Part shown: positions 1 to 12,004 of the stretch, piece by piece
Layout of the letters: the number at the start of each line of letters is the position of its first letter
Position numbering within the stretch: position 1 is the stretch's first letter
Source: Octopus sinensis
Lineage: Eukaryota
Length of the DNA stretch: 64,000 nucleotides
Assembly (NCBI RefSeq): GCF_006345805.1
Contig: NC_043007.1
Span: 33,666,001 to 33,730,000, forward strand
Direction of reading: 5' to 3'
The notes under the pieces: generated by a model
The model's input: the letters and a program-made list of their open reading frames with translations, nothing else
Told to the model about the DNA's origin: nothing
The model's database searches: none
Position numbers and translations under genes: made by a program

Positions 1-561
1 GTATATGATCTTCATGCCAAAGTCATGAAGAATTTATAGTTAAGTGTGGTCCAACATGAAAAAATGTTCTCTAGAAGCATTTGTTCTTGTCATTATTTTT
101 ATATTTATATTTATGGCTAATCAGTTAATGTCTGCGACTTTCCATTACCCTGTAACTTGGTTATACAAATTTGAAATCGAAATTGATTAATTTACTGAAG
201 TGCTGAAGTGCAATTGATGGATCTTTGGTTAGTAAAGTGATAACTTTGAATATGCTTCAGTCTTATTGACCTCCTCAGGATAACTTAGTTTAACACATAT
301 CTACAAACAAGTGATAGAGAATGCAAACCATTCGCTGATTAAACAATTAAAAGAAATGGCATGGTTAATATTTCTTAGGGATGACATCTACAGGAAGAAC
401 ATATAGATAAGTACAGACTAACACATATAACATAGTGAGAAATAGAAAAATATTACAAGGAAGAAAATAGAAAATGATAGCAGGATGCAGAAACTATATA
501 AACTTTTCTGGCTCTCAGTTAAGTATAGAGCGTTTTAGTTAGCCTTTCAAACATCTATTGT

Positions 562-792
562 ATTCTTTTTTTTTACTTGTTTCAGTCATTTGACTGTGGC
601 CATGCTGGAGCACTGCCTCGAAGGGTTTGTTTAGTCAAACAAATCAAAGTATTTTTAAGCCTATTACTTATTCTATTGGTCTATTTTACTGAACTGCTAA
701 GTTAAGGGACAAAAGAACACCAGCATCAGTTGTCCAGTGATGGCAGGGGGACAAACAGGGACACATAGATGAATACATATGTCTATACATAC

Positions 793-823
<31 letters not shown>

Positions 824-1180
824 TGTATATAGGGAGAGTTTACAAAAAAAAACAGAAGACGAAGACAGGTGGTGTACAAAACAAACAGATGTATTAGTAT
901 AACGCTCATATATAATAACAAAATAATAAATAAAACATATGCATATATACATACATACATGTACGTACCTACATCTGTATGTAAATATATATGCATATAT
1001 GGGTAATATATATATATACAATAGGCTTCTTTCAGTTACCATTTACCAAACTGGCTCACAAGGCTTTGGTCAGTATGAGGCTATAGTAGAAGACACTTGC
1101 CCAGTGTCATGCAGTGGGACAGAACCCAGAACCATGTGGTTAAGAAGCAAGCTTATTAACATATGGTCATGCCAGCACCT
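562..1180 (-). mobile_element. SINE family A (tRNA-like head, central microsatellite, conserved 3' module), decayed
   Basis: Reverse complement of the family-A modules (tacttgtttcagtcatttgactgtggccatgctggagcac ... gaacccagaaccatgtgg) with (TATG)n/(TA)n in the middle; matches the intact copies at 13256 and 62900. Confidence 0.9.
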
Positions 1181-1205
1181 ACAAACAACCATGTGTGCAC
1201 CTATC

Positions 1206-1320
1206 ATTTTTATAATGACATTACAGGGTAGGTGTGAGATGCTAGATCTGGCAAGGTTTGAGCATAAAGCAGGTAGAATATTTCTGCTGGATATGATCAG
1301 TTTACATGCTAAAGGGTTAA
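1206..1320. mobile_element. Right half of a piggyBac-type TTAA MITE
   Basis: Ends in atgctaaaggg-TTAA; the internal ggtaggtgtgaga motif is shared with the copies at 34647-35330. Confidence 0.6.
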
Positions 1321-2332
1321 GGGATTGTGTAGGAAAAGTATTGTAACCCCTACATAAATATGCAGTAAAATCTTCTAGTTAGCATTTCAAATGTTCTTTA
1401 TATGTTAGGTACGACATCTGCTTGAAGAACATATAGTTAAGTGAGCACTAACATAGATTGAAGTGAGCAAAAGCAATAAATATATAAATAAATGTATAAA
1501 TATACTACATTTAGTTTTCTAATGCCTGTTTAAGTATTGAGTAAAGTATTTCTAGATAACTTTCAACTGTTCTTTGTATGTAAACAATAGTTTTTAAGCA
1601 TTGTTTTATTGCCTAATTCCAGATGAATTTAGCCAGCAAATCTGTATATATAAACATTGTACTCTGAAACTATTCTATACAAAATGGACCATAAATAAGG
1701 TCATGAGTTCAAACCTTCATTGTGGGAGGTATTGTTTCTTATTTGTTGAAGATGTTTATGATGTAATTAGCAGCAATAGACTGTCAATCCAGGGGTATAT
1801 GAGGTCATTGTACTATAATTTATTGATAGTCAATTTGCCAAAAATCTCCTCAAATATAACTACCATCAGCAGCAACAGCAACCACCACCACCACCACCAC
1901 TACAACAACAACACCTGTGATCATCATCAACGTGATCATTTACACCACACAACCAGAATGCCACAAATAATAACAAAACAGGGACCACCACTGCCACCAC
2001 CACTCCATACAACATTCATTTACCATTAGAGTCCAAATGAAGATTTATGGACATGGACACAAATATCATATCTTTATCTCTTTAAGTTTATCACTGTCCT
2101 TCTATACATATACATACATACACACACACATAAAATATATACAATTGTGTATATGATATATATATAGATAAATATCTATATCAGCAGCAGCAACATCCTC
2201 ATCATCATTTAACATCCATTTTCCATTCTGGCATGCATTGCATCGTTTGACAGCATGCAGCAAACTTTGGCTTGTTTTGGCTTGTATAATGATGTTTATT
2301 ACTCACTGGATGCACACACATATATACACACA

Positions 2333-2363
<31 letters not shown>

Positions 2364-2579
2364 CACACAAACACACGCATATATATTAATAAAAACAGTA
2401 AGATAACAAATGTGTCGGTATGAACAGAAGCGCTTATGAGAATACTATGAACTTTTTATGCTCCTACCTTACTTAGCAGTCATTCGAATAGCTCTTTTGT
2501 CTTAATAGCGGTCAATAACACAGTAATTTCCCTTTGTATAATGGTCATTTTTCATAGCATTGATCTGATGGCTGGATAA

Positions 2580-2635
2580 CTGAAGAGATGGTGGCGTGAA
2601 TTTCCACCTTGGCATCCGAAACTCGGAGTTTAATC
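2580..2635 (+). ncRNA. Hammerhead-ribozyme-like motif (variant) in a repeat also present at 20483-20533
   Basis: CTGAAGA, then gatg...catc stem, extra C, GAAA, quasi-palindrome actc-g-gagt, and gataa/taatc stem I with one mismatch. Confidence 0.35.
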
Positions 2636-2671
2636 ACGGCTACTGAATAATTGTCACATATTACATTTACA

Positions 2672-2731
2672 GATACATATATATATATATATTACATTAT
2701 ATATATGTATATATATATATTATATATATAT

Positions 2732-2771
<40 letters not shown>

Positions 2772-2790
2772 TATATATATACATAATATA

Positions 2791-2822
<32 letters not shown>

Positions 2823-2853
2823 CATACATACTTATATATATATATATATATAT

Positions 2854-2900
<47 letters not shown>

Positions 2901-2955
2901 GTATATATATAATATATATGTATATATATATATGTATATATATATATAATATATA
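2672..2955. repeat. Long imperfect (TA)n microsatellite
   Basis: Direct inspection. Confidence 0.95.
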
Positions 2956-3063
2956 ATAATAAATATTAGGGAATAAATCCAAATTTACAGGGAAAATCAG
3001 ATTTAGGATTAAATCCAATTTAATAGTAAAATATTATATAATATAATCGAGACAAAACCACTA
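2951..3063 (+). mobile_element. Truncated copy of the foldback/HHR element (leader plus start of arm)
   Basis: Near-identical to 4428-4535 (aataaatattagggaataaatccaaatttacaggg ... gagacaaaaccacta), flanked by TA runs. Confidence 0.85.
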
Positions 3064-3094
3064 CATATATATATATGTATGTATGTGATATATA

Positions 3095-3589
3095 AGTGCA
3101 GGCATGGCTGTGTGGTAAGGAGCTTGTTTCCCAACCACATGGTTTCAGGTTCAGTCCCACTGCATGGCACCTTAGGCAAATATCTTCTACTACAGCCTCA
3201 AGCTGACCAAAGCCTTGTGAGTGGATTTGGCAGACAGAAGCTAAAAAAAGCCCATTCTACATATCTATATATAAATATATATGCAAAGCAGATTGTGACC
3301 AGCGATGTGTAGCAACATCTGATAGCCTGGTCGATCATGGTGATCACGGTGATATATATATATATATATATATATAAGTAGCAAACTAAGGAAAGGAATT
3401 CCTTCAAAGGGGTGTGTAAAATATCCACTTCACTGATACTACAGTTGAACACCACAGAAATAGGAGTATAATGCAATATACAAACAATAAATTAAAAAGA
3501 GAGATTCAATCTAATAATTTATTAATATACTATGAATATAATATAAGATAATTTCAAAAATTATTCAAAAACTAAAATGGCTAACAATT

Positions 3590-3630
<41 letters not shown>

Positions 3631-3850
3631 TCAGTGTGTGTGTGTGTTTGTTTCCCTACCATCACTTGACAAGTGATGTTGGTGTGTTTACATCTCTGTA
3701 ACTTAGCGGTTCAGCAAAAGAGATCAATAGAATAAGTACTAGGCTTACAAAGAATAAGTCCTGGGATTGATTTGTTTGACTGAAGGTGGTGCTCCAGCAT
3801 GGCTGCAGTCAGAATGAGTGAAAGAAGTAAAAGAATAAAATAATGAAAGA
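3095..3850 (+). mobile_element. SINE family A, with extra sequence inserted in its central microsatellite
   Basis: 5' module at 3095-3260 and 3' module at about 3645-3850. Confidence 0.85.
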
Positions 3851-3956
3851 ATATATAGATACAAACAGCTTAATTACAAATATGCTAATATATATATAAA
3901 CAGTTTAATTATAGATATGCTAATATATACATATATATTTTCCAAAGCTGCGATCT

Positions 3957-4019
3957 CTGATGAGCACAGTTTTAGATAATTACCCAGTTACCTAATATCC
4001 GGTATGAAACCAATTGGTA
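3957..4019 (+). ncRNA. Hammerhead-ribozyme-like motif with intact core and decayed stems
   Basis: CTGATGA (3957-3963) ... GAAA (4006-4009), palindromic stem III ccaattgg, and GTA cleavage triplet. Confidence 0.5.
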
Positions 4020-4301
4020 ATAGCATCTGCGATGGATTTATGATACTCTATACTTTGGTTAATACACTCACTTTATGGACAAATACATGAGTGTCTAGTT
4101 TTTGATCCATCAAACATCCTGGAATATACCAAACACAGAGTGATTTACACATCAAATAATCAGGACCGTTAAATACTCGTAGCAGTAGATTTTCTCTGTG
4201 TGCACAGCCTAACTACATCACTGGATTACTTCAGTAAAATCAACCCACCCTGGTGCATACCAATTAAGTACCCAATTCTCTCCAGAATATCATTTTATAT
4301 A

Positions 4302-4339
<38 letters not shown>

Positions 4340-4377
4340 CACACGTACATGTAAATATATATACATATATGCATATG

Positions 4378-4427
<50 letters not shown>

Positions 4428-4432
<5 letters not shown>

Positions 4433-4738
4433 AATATTAGGGAATAAATCCAAATTTACAGGGAAAAAATCAGATTTAGGATTAAATCCAATTTTATAGT
4501 AAAATATTATATAATATTAATAGAGACAAAACCACTATTTTGCAAACAAACAAGGAAAGACTTAATCAATACATAAAATTTTAATAAAAAGTAAAAATTG
4601 AAACTGACACCTGAAGATTGTCGATCAGGACAAGAAACAATTGTAGTGGCGTTTTTTTTTACTTTTATTAAATTTTATGTATTGATTAAGTCTTTCTTGT
4701 TTGTTTTGCAAAATAGTGGTTTTGTCTCTAATTAATAT

Positions 4739-4742
<4 letters not shown>
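4428..4742 (+). mobile_element. Non-autonomous foldback element (leader, inverted arm, HHR loop, inverted arm), probably derived from a PLE terminus
   Basis: Arms 4512-4597 and 4654-4740 are reverse complements with few indels; the element is embedded in (TA)n on both sides. Confidence 0.8.
4608..4648 (+). ncRNA. Minimal type I hammerhead ribozyme motif
   Basis: cac-CTGAAGA-ttgtc(gatcag)gacaa-GAAA-caattg-TA-gtg: full catalytic core, 5-bp stem II, palindromic stem III, GUA triplet and 3-bp stem I. Activity untested. Confidence 0.7.
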
Positions 4743-4772
<30 letters not shown>

Positions 4773-5388
4773 ATATATATATATCTGCATATATATATGT
4801 GTGTGTGTGTACAGACATCTCAAAATAATAAAGATACCTCATTTTACCATTTTATCTGTACAGACACTATTCATTACTATGGTGCCAAAATGGGTTAAAC
4901 ATCAAAAACTGGACAAGGTTTGTACATTAAATAATCGGTTAAGTATTTAAATGCATCAGATGACATTATTTTGTTCTAGAAATAAATCTTTCAAAGAATA
5001 AAACACAAAAAAGGGGTTTTTATTTACTTTTGAGTTTTTTGCGTATGTTGTATTTATGTATGTGTATTTTTTTATATGTGTATATATAGAAAGCAACCAC
5101 ATTGTGTATTCAAGCCTGGAGGTTTGTTTCGAGACACAAGCCATAATGTACAAATCTGTCAAATTATTGTTCCACAGCATGAAACTATTAGTAGCTCATA
5201 TCTAAATACTGTGTATATTAAATGGTTTATGCATGTGTGTGTGTGTATATTTATATATATGTATAAATATTGTTTATTTAATTTATTGATTTTTTGAATA
5301 ATATTTATTATAGTATATTTACATTTTTCCTATTTAATATGGATAATGTCTTTCACTGTTGAATTGCTTAATAGAGGTTATTTCTCTT

Positions 5389-5432
<44 letters not shown>

Positions 5433-5439
5433 TTATACT

Positions 5440-5710
5440 TGGTATTGAGAGCTATACCATCTCCTGAATTGGACATCACAGCACTGTTCCAAAGGTCCCA
5501 ACTATAGTGTCTTGTATGAGGAACATGTACTACAATGGCTTGAGATTCAATGGACCACAGCTATTTAATGCCTTGCCAAAACATCTGAGAGATCTTCATG
5601 GAGTAGAGGTAGATGTTTTCAAGAAACAACTTGACCCAAGATTCTAGATGAGCAGGTACCTCAAAAAAGGGCAGTAGTATCAAACCCTCTCCTCCACCTA
5701 AATCCAATCA
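5440..5710 (+). mobile_element. CR1-like LINE ORF2 3' remnant
   Basis: Translates as HCTVPKVP...GLRFNGPQLFNALPKHLRDLHGVEVDVFKKQLD, resembling the C-terminal motif of invertebrate CR1-group RTs (recognised from memory). Confidence 0.7.
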
Positions 5711-6875
5711 CATAAGATTGGCCTTTGAATAGGTGGTTACACCAGTGGTGTAATTTACAATATAAATCCCATTCTGTGTGTGTATGTGTGTGTGTAAAAG
5801 ATTATAACAGCTGTGTTTTCCAACTGATTTTCTCCAAACTGGGAACATACATTATTTATGTTCCAGGGTTGGTTCTATACTTGTAAAATTTTTCACATAA
5901 TGAGTAATGGGCATCCTGGGCGCAGAAAACATCCGTTCCTGAGTTACTTAGAAACTTAGTAATTTTCAGAAACTGATTGCTTCCCTTTCATCCATTGGTC
6001 ATTAAAAAATTTTAAATATTGCTTTTTGTAGTAGATTCACATCTTTGAAAGTTTTTAAAAATATTTACTTCTGGTATTCTAGCATCAGAGACGCCTATAT
6101 ATCTCTATTTCCCTCTATCCATCTCTCTCTATCTATCTATATATCTATCCATCTCTATCTCTATAACTATCTATCTCTCAGTATTTTTCTGTCTATATCA
6201 TATCTATCTATCGATATCTATCTTATTTGTCTAACTAGCTCTCTCTCTCTCTCACCCTCCCTCTCTATCTCACTCACTCTCTATTGTTTTCACTTTCATT
6301 TTCCAGATGCTATTGTTTCACTTTAAGTGCAATCGCTATTGTTTTTACTGTAAGTTTTCAATTGCTATTTACAAACAACAACGACAAATTACTGACAGAA
6401 AGAAGTTCACAACTTCTGATGAAAGTAATTTCATACATAATTTACTGACAGAAATAACTTCATAAATTTCATTTCAATCTGTACACTTCGTTAAATTTGT
6501 CTACAAAGTTCTTAATTTTGCAACATTTTGTGATTTTTTGTTGTTGTCGGAATTATTGATGAAAGTAAGTTCATAATTTACCAACAGAAGTAACTTCAAA
6601 AATTTCACTTAAATCTGAACATTTAGTTAATTTCCCTAAAAATTTCTTATTTACTTTTGCAACAGTTTTGTGTTTTTCTATTGATAATGACTTTTTTTTC
6701 TGGTTCCCTTGATTCACTGACAAATTTTGCTTCAACCTGTACTATTCTTTATTTTCTGTAAAAGTTTCTTACTTGCTTTCTGTCTGGCTTATTAAGAAAT
6801 ATAATTTCCGTTACCCAGATATTTTCATTGTTTACTATTTTCTGCACCTGTGTATTTCTGTATACATATATAACC

Positions 6876-7360
6876 ATGCCTAGAAGGAAAGTGTCAAATT
6901 TGTCTTACAATGTCAAGGTAAGCCAAAAGAATGTCTCTCCCCAAAGAAAGAGGAAGTTACAGAAAGGGAAGCATGCCAAGAAACGAACAGACTATGCACT
7001 ACAAAAGCCAGCACATCTTAAAGCAATGAACAGAGGTATGCACGGCTGACAAGGAATAGGATCTTGACTGCAGAATGAAAAGCAGTTGCAAAAGCTCAGA
7101 GAAGCAACTTCTGTGAAACAGCTTTCAATTATAATCCAGCAGTTCATTGTGCGGATGACACTAGAGTTTCCATTAGTGCAATGACAACTTAGTGCATACA
7201 TTGCAAAGCAAGGAAGTAGCCTAGTGAGACACTTGCACTATGCTGCAGTGATGGAAATGTTAAACTCCCTGTAATCCTCCAACCTCCAGAACCATTGAAG
7301 AAACTGTTGTCAACAACTGACCAAGATTCCAAGCACTTCCAAAACAAAATTAGACAAATG
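6876..7360 (+). pseudogene. Helitron Rep/helicase N-terminal remnant (frameshift and stops), cut by a SINE A insertion
   Basis: MPRRK start, EQR-ARL repeats, then AFNYNP..SISAMTT*CIHCKARK*PSETLALCCSDGNVKLPVILQPPEPLKKLLS..SKHFQNKIR, the CxxC...CC..G.V.LP..PPEPL..LL..SKHF motif typical of Helitron Rep proteins. Confidence 0.85.
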
Positions 7361-7366
7361 TTAAAT

Positions 7367-7775
7367 AGGCACAGGAGTGGTTGTGTGGTAAGTAGCTTGT
7401 TTACCAACCACATGGTTCCAGGTTCAGTCCCACTGCGTGGAACCTGGCAAGTGTCTTCTACTATAGCCTCGGGCCGACCAAAGCCTTGTGAGTGGATTTG
7501 GTAGACGGAAAATGAAAGAAGCCCGTCGTATATAGGTATGTATATATATGTATGTGTGTGGTTTGTGTGTCTGTGTTTGTCCCCCTAGCATTGCTTGACA
7601 ACCGATGCTGGTGTGTTTATGTCCCCGTTACTAGCGGTTCGGCAAAAAGAGACCGATAGAATAAGTACTGGGCTTACAAAGAATAAGTCCCGGGGTCGAG
7701 TTGCTCGTATAAAGGCGGTGCTCTAGCATGGCCGCAGTCAAATGACTGAAACAAGTAAAAGGGTAAAAAGGGTAA
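7367..7775 (+). mobile_element. SINE family A, full length
   Basis: A-box-like tggttgtgtgg, B-box-like ggttcagtccc, CORE-like ctggcaagtgtctt, central microsatellite and gtaaaa-type tail. Confidence 0.95.
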
Positions 7776-8087
7776 TACAACACTGTACTACAGATAATAT
7801 CATCTGGAACCACAAGAGCATTCATGTAAACTTTCAAGATCAGATTGGAGCCTGGTGCAGCCTCCTATCTATCTTGCCAATCCTCAGTCAAACCGTCCAA
7901 CCCATGTCATTATGGAAAGCAAATGTTAAATGATGACAACAGTGATGATGATGAATCCCCTCTCACATTTACACACTTATTGCAGCAGTCTTTCTGTTTT
8001 TCTGAGACCTGCAAAAGAACTTGGAAGTTTGGCCCTCCAGCCAGGCCTTTGTTAGCACACATACTCTTGCCACTGATTATACATGTA

Positions 8088-8702
8088 TGAAGGTATACTG
8101 AAAAATTCCTGGCCTTGGGTAAAAGAAAATAGAAGACGATCAGTTAATTACGATTTTATACAATACTAGCAGTATCGCCCGGCGTTGCTCGGGTTTGTAA
8201 GGGAAATAACTATATAAGCATTTTTAGAGAGTTATAGCCAAAAAATAGCAAAAAAATGCATTAAAAATGGAAAAAAATGATGGTAAATTTTTTTTTAAAT
8301 CGTTGACTCATCGTAGACATTTTTAGAGAGTTACTTCCCTTATATAATAGCGAAAAAAATGCATTAAAATGGAAAAAAATGATGGTAAATTATTTTTAAA
8401 TCGTAGACTCATCATAGATGCACGCTAATACCCAGAAGGGCTCGATATGAATCACGACTATAAGATACCCGGTTTTGGTTAAACTGCACCGCAAAATGTG
8501 GGAGTAGTTAGGAATCTAAATCGTAGGAGACAGACACACAACTTGACTTTTATATTATAAAGATATTCCCCTCACAGTTTCACACACTTTTTGCAGCAGT
8601 CCTTCAGTTATTCTAAGCCCTATAAAAGAACTTGGAAAGTTGGGCCTCAAACCAAGCCTCTCAGGATACCCTTAAAACCAAGAACTTTTCAGTACCCCAT
8701 CA
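8088..8702. mobile_element. Mariner-type MITE interrupted by a non-autonomous Helitron
   Basis: Terminal inverted repeats (TIRs) tactgaaaaattcctgg / ccaagaacttttcagta; both halves match the uninterrupted copy at 46407-46623. A partial third copy lies at 7955-8050. Confidence 0.8.
8166..8563 (-). mobile_element. Non-autonomous Helitron (398 bp)
   Basis: On the minus strand: 5' TC, subterminal hairpin cccgagcaacgccggg, 3' CTAG, inserted between A and T without TSD. Homologous to 56309-56706. Confidence 0.9.
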
Positions 8703-9319
8703 TTTGAGACATATATATATATATATATATATGCTATCCTCATCCCCTTCATCATCGTCACCATCATCATTTGATATTTGGTTTCCATGCTGGCATGGGT
8801 TGGATGGATCAACAGCACCCTGCATCCATCAAGCAGGCTGTAAGGCTGTGTCATGCTTTATGTTATATGCACACATAGTTATACGCACATGGTAATATAT
8901 ACAATTGCATTTAAAGCATATCTTCATAGACAAACACCCTTATGTACATATATACAAATATATGTATACACATATACATGCTCTTATGTAATAAAGTGTC
9001 AAACACACACATTCATATGCATAAGCACATATATGCACACACACATATATTCATATACTTATATATATATATATATATAGATATATATATATATAAAATA
9101 TAAATATATGCATATATACATATATGTACATCCACATAATATATATATATATAATATATATATATATACATACATACACACAATATATATATATATTATT
9201 ATAAATATATATAACACACACATATACATATATACATTGATTTATAAGCAGATGTACACGTGTATTACACATACATATGGAGATGTTAATCTTAGATAAA
9301 CTAATATAGAGGTTACAGG

Positions 9320-10700
9320 TGCATCATCGCCATTATTATTATCATCTTTAGCCTCGCCACGACCACAACCACCACCACCGCCTCTACTACTATCACCACC
9401 ATCATCACCGCCATCAACATCACCACTACCACCACTTCCATCACTGCTACCAACACTGCTGCCACTACAGCCACTGCTCTCACCACCACTGCCACCAGCA
9501 CCAGCACCAGCACCAACCACCACTGCCACCACCACCACCACCACCACAACCACCACCACAACCACCACCACCACCACCACTGCTACTATAATTAATTAAT
9601 ATCAGCTTTCCCACCATCTCCATCATGATAAGCATACTCTTATTATTGCTCTTCCTCCTTCTCCCCTCCTCCTCTTGCCCATGAGGATGATAATGATCAT
9701 CATCATCATCATCATCAATATTATGTGCATCATATCCACTACCAACTGCAACACAGTCACCATCACCATCGTTTTCATTATCATCATCATCATCATCATC
9801 ATCATCATAGTTACCATCATATCCCCAACCTTCTATTCATCCTCCTCTTCGTCATCCTCCTTATCATCATCATCATCGTCACTATCATCACCATCTTATT
9901 CCCATCCCATTCTTTATGATCATCCATATCATAATTGCCATCATCTGTACTGTAATCACCATCAACATCAACATCACCATCACCATCATGTCATCAATCA
10001 CCTTCCTTCCTCTGCACCATCAACCCACCCCATTTCCTCATCCTCCTCCTTCTCCTCACGTCCTCCTCACTATCATCATCTTTATCATCCGCTCCATCTT
10101 ACACCTCCGTCATCCTCACATTATCCTCTCCTCTCTCTCCTTCAAAGTCGCAGTCCATTAAATGTTCATAAAAATTCTACCTAGTCCAAGCAATGATGTA
10201 ATGTTGCTTTAGAAATACTGCATCGTGTTCATTATCTTCACTACCACCACTGCCACCAATACCAACAACAACAACTTCATCACATTGATAATCATCATTA
10301 TCATCATCATCATCATCGTCATCATTGGCATCGTCCGCATCATCCTCATAATTGTCGTCATCATCATCATCGGCATTGCTATCATCGCCATCACCACCAT
10401 TACTACAGCCATTATCACCACATTGACAATACTCCTCTTCTGCCTCCTCCTCCATCCCACCCTGCCCCTCCTCAGCCTCCTCCTCCTCCTCCTTATCATC
10501 ATCATCGTCATCATCATCATTGTATAAAACTTCACACTCCCTTTCTTGCCACAACCTCCACCACCACCACCACCACCGCCACCACCATCATCACCACCAC
10601 CACCACCATCACCATCACCACCACCACCACTACCACCACCACCACTACCACTGCCACTACCACCACCATTATCATTTTTCTTCATTGTTATGTCTGTAAT
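9320..10700. repeat. Compound low-complexity trinucleotide region (CAC/CAT/CTC)n
   Basis: Direct inspection; it explains the His-, Pro-, Gly- and Asp-rich ORFs listed here. Confidence 0.9.
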
Positions 10701-10939
10701 TTGCTGTCATCACAATCAGTGTCATCAAGAGAAATAAGGTGACTGATTTCAAAGACTTCTGCATTGACAACAATACAGACAAAACGAAAAGTAACTAAAA
10801 CATTATCATAACAGATATAACAAAAACGTCAAGGACAATTATTTCTTTATTGGCCACAAGGGCCAGAACATAGAATACAAAACAAAGCATGAGAAATGCT
10901 TCATATAAAATATGTCATACAAAACATTTATTTAAATTA

Positions 10940-10980
10940 AGTATGTATGTATGTAGTATGTATGTATGTATTTATGTATC

Positions 10981-11047
<67 letters not shown>

Positions 11048-11137
11048 GTCTATCTATCTGTTTGTCTATCTATCTGTATATCTAGTTATCTATCTATCTG
11101 TCCGTCCGTCTGTCTGTCTGTCTGTCTGTCTGTCTGG

Positions 11138-11215
<78 letters not shown>

Positions 11216-11295
11216 CCTATCTGTGTGTGTGTGTACATGTGTATGCATGTGTGTGTATGTGTGTGTGTGTGCGTGTGTGTGTGTGTGTGTGACTG
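10940..11295. repeat. Compound (TATG)/(TCTG)/(TCTA)/(TG) microsatellite
   Basis: Direct inspection. Confidence 0.95.
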
Positions 11296-11364
11296 TGTCA
11301 AGGTGCATGGCTCAGTGGTTAGAGCATCAGGCTTACAAACATGAGATAGTGAGTTCGATTCTCA

Positions 11365-11995
11365 GATAATCCATTTCTCATCACCTGTCACAATTTGCTT
11401 TAAAAATGGTGCATTTTCATTCCGTTTATAAAGCAAATCACAGATGGAAATGCGATCCAAAAGGTTCATCTCACTCAACTCATGTGGTACCCAAACATCG
11501 TAGCGATTTGTGTACCCAATGGATTTTGATAGGTTGAGGCTTTCTGCCAATTCTCGGGTTGTGCAATGTAGGTTATTCTCAATTAATGACTTGATTTGGT
11601 CATTATCTATAGTAGATGGTCTGCCTGATAGCTCTTTATCAATAAGGCTACTAGTACCAGCTTGGAACCTTGCAAACTACTTCCGTACAGTTCTTTCGGA
11701 TAAAGAAACAACGCCGTAAACTGCGCATATTTCTTTGGTTGCTTGTGAGGCATTTTCCCTTTACGGAAAAAGAAAAGCATCGTGCTGAAAATGAACTTTC
11801 TTATCTTCCATTTTAAAGAGTTACAGAATTAACACAGGTTATAGGAACATAAACCTTCTTCCACACAAAGATAGCTTAAACTGTGCTCTAAATGGAAATG
11901 TAGTCAAATCCTATTTTATGGACTCAACCATGTTCTAAAATAAGTCAAAAGGTAAGCTGCTATAAATTGGCACAAACATTCTGGACAACCCAATA
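11365..11995 (-). mobile_element. Mariner (Tc1/mariner) element 5' half: TIR plus degraded transposase (ATG at 11811)
   Basis: TIR-like tattgggttgtccagaa at 11995. Translation MEDKKVHF..RKGENASQATKEICAVYG..ERTVRK*FARF..SGRPS..TTRELAE..DVWVPHEL..DRISICD..FLKQIVTGDEKW contains the WVPHEL motif and the first catalytic D (TGDE). Confidence 0.92.
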
Positions 11996-12004
11996 GTAGG
12001 TCAG

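Noticed and set aside
9675-10737. His-, Pro-, Gly- or Asp-rich proteins (also 44963-45674)
   Set aside because: Overlapping open frames on both strands are typical of CAC/CAT arrays, and no splice or domain support is visible.
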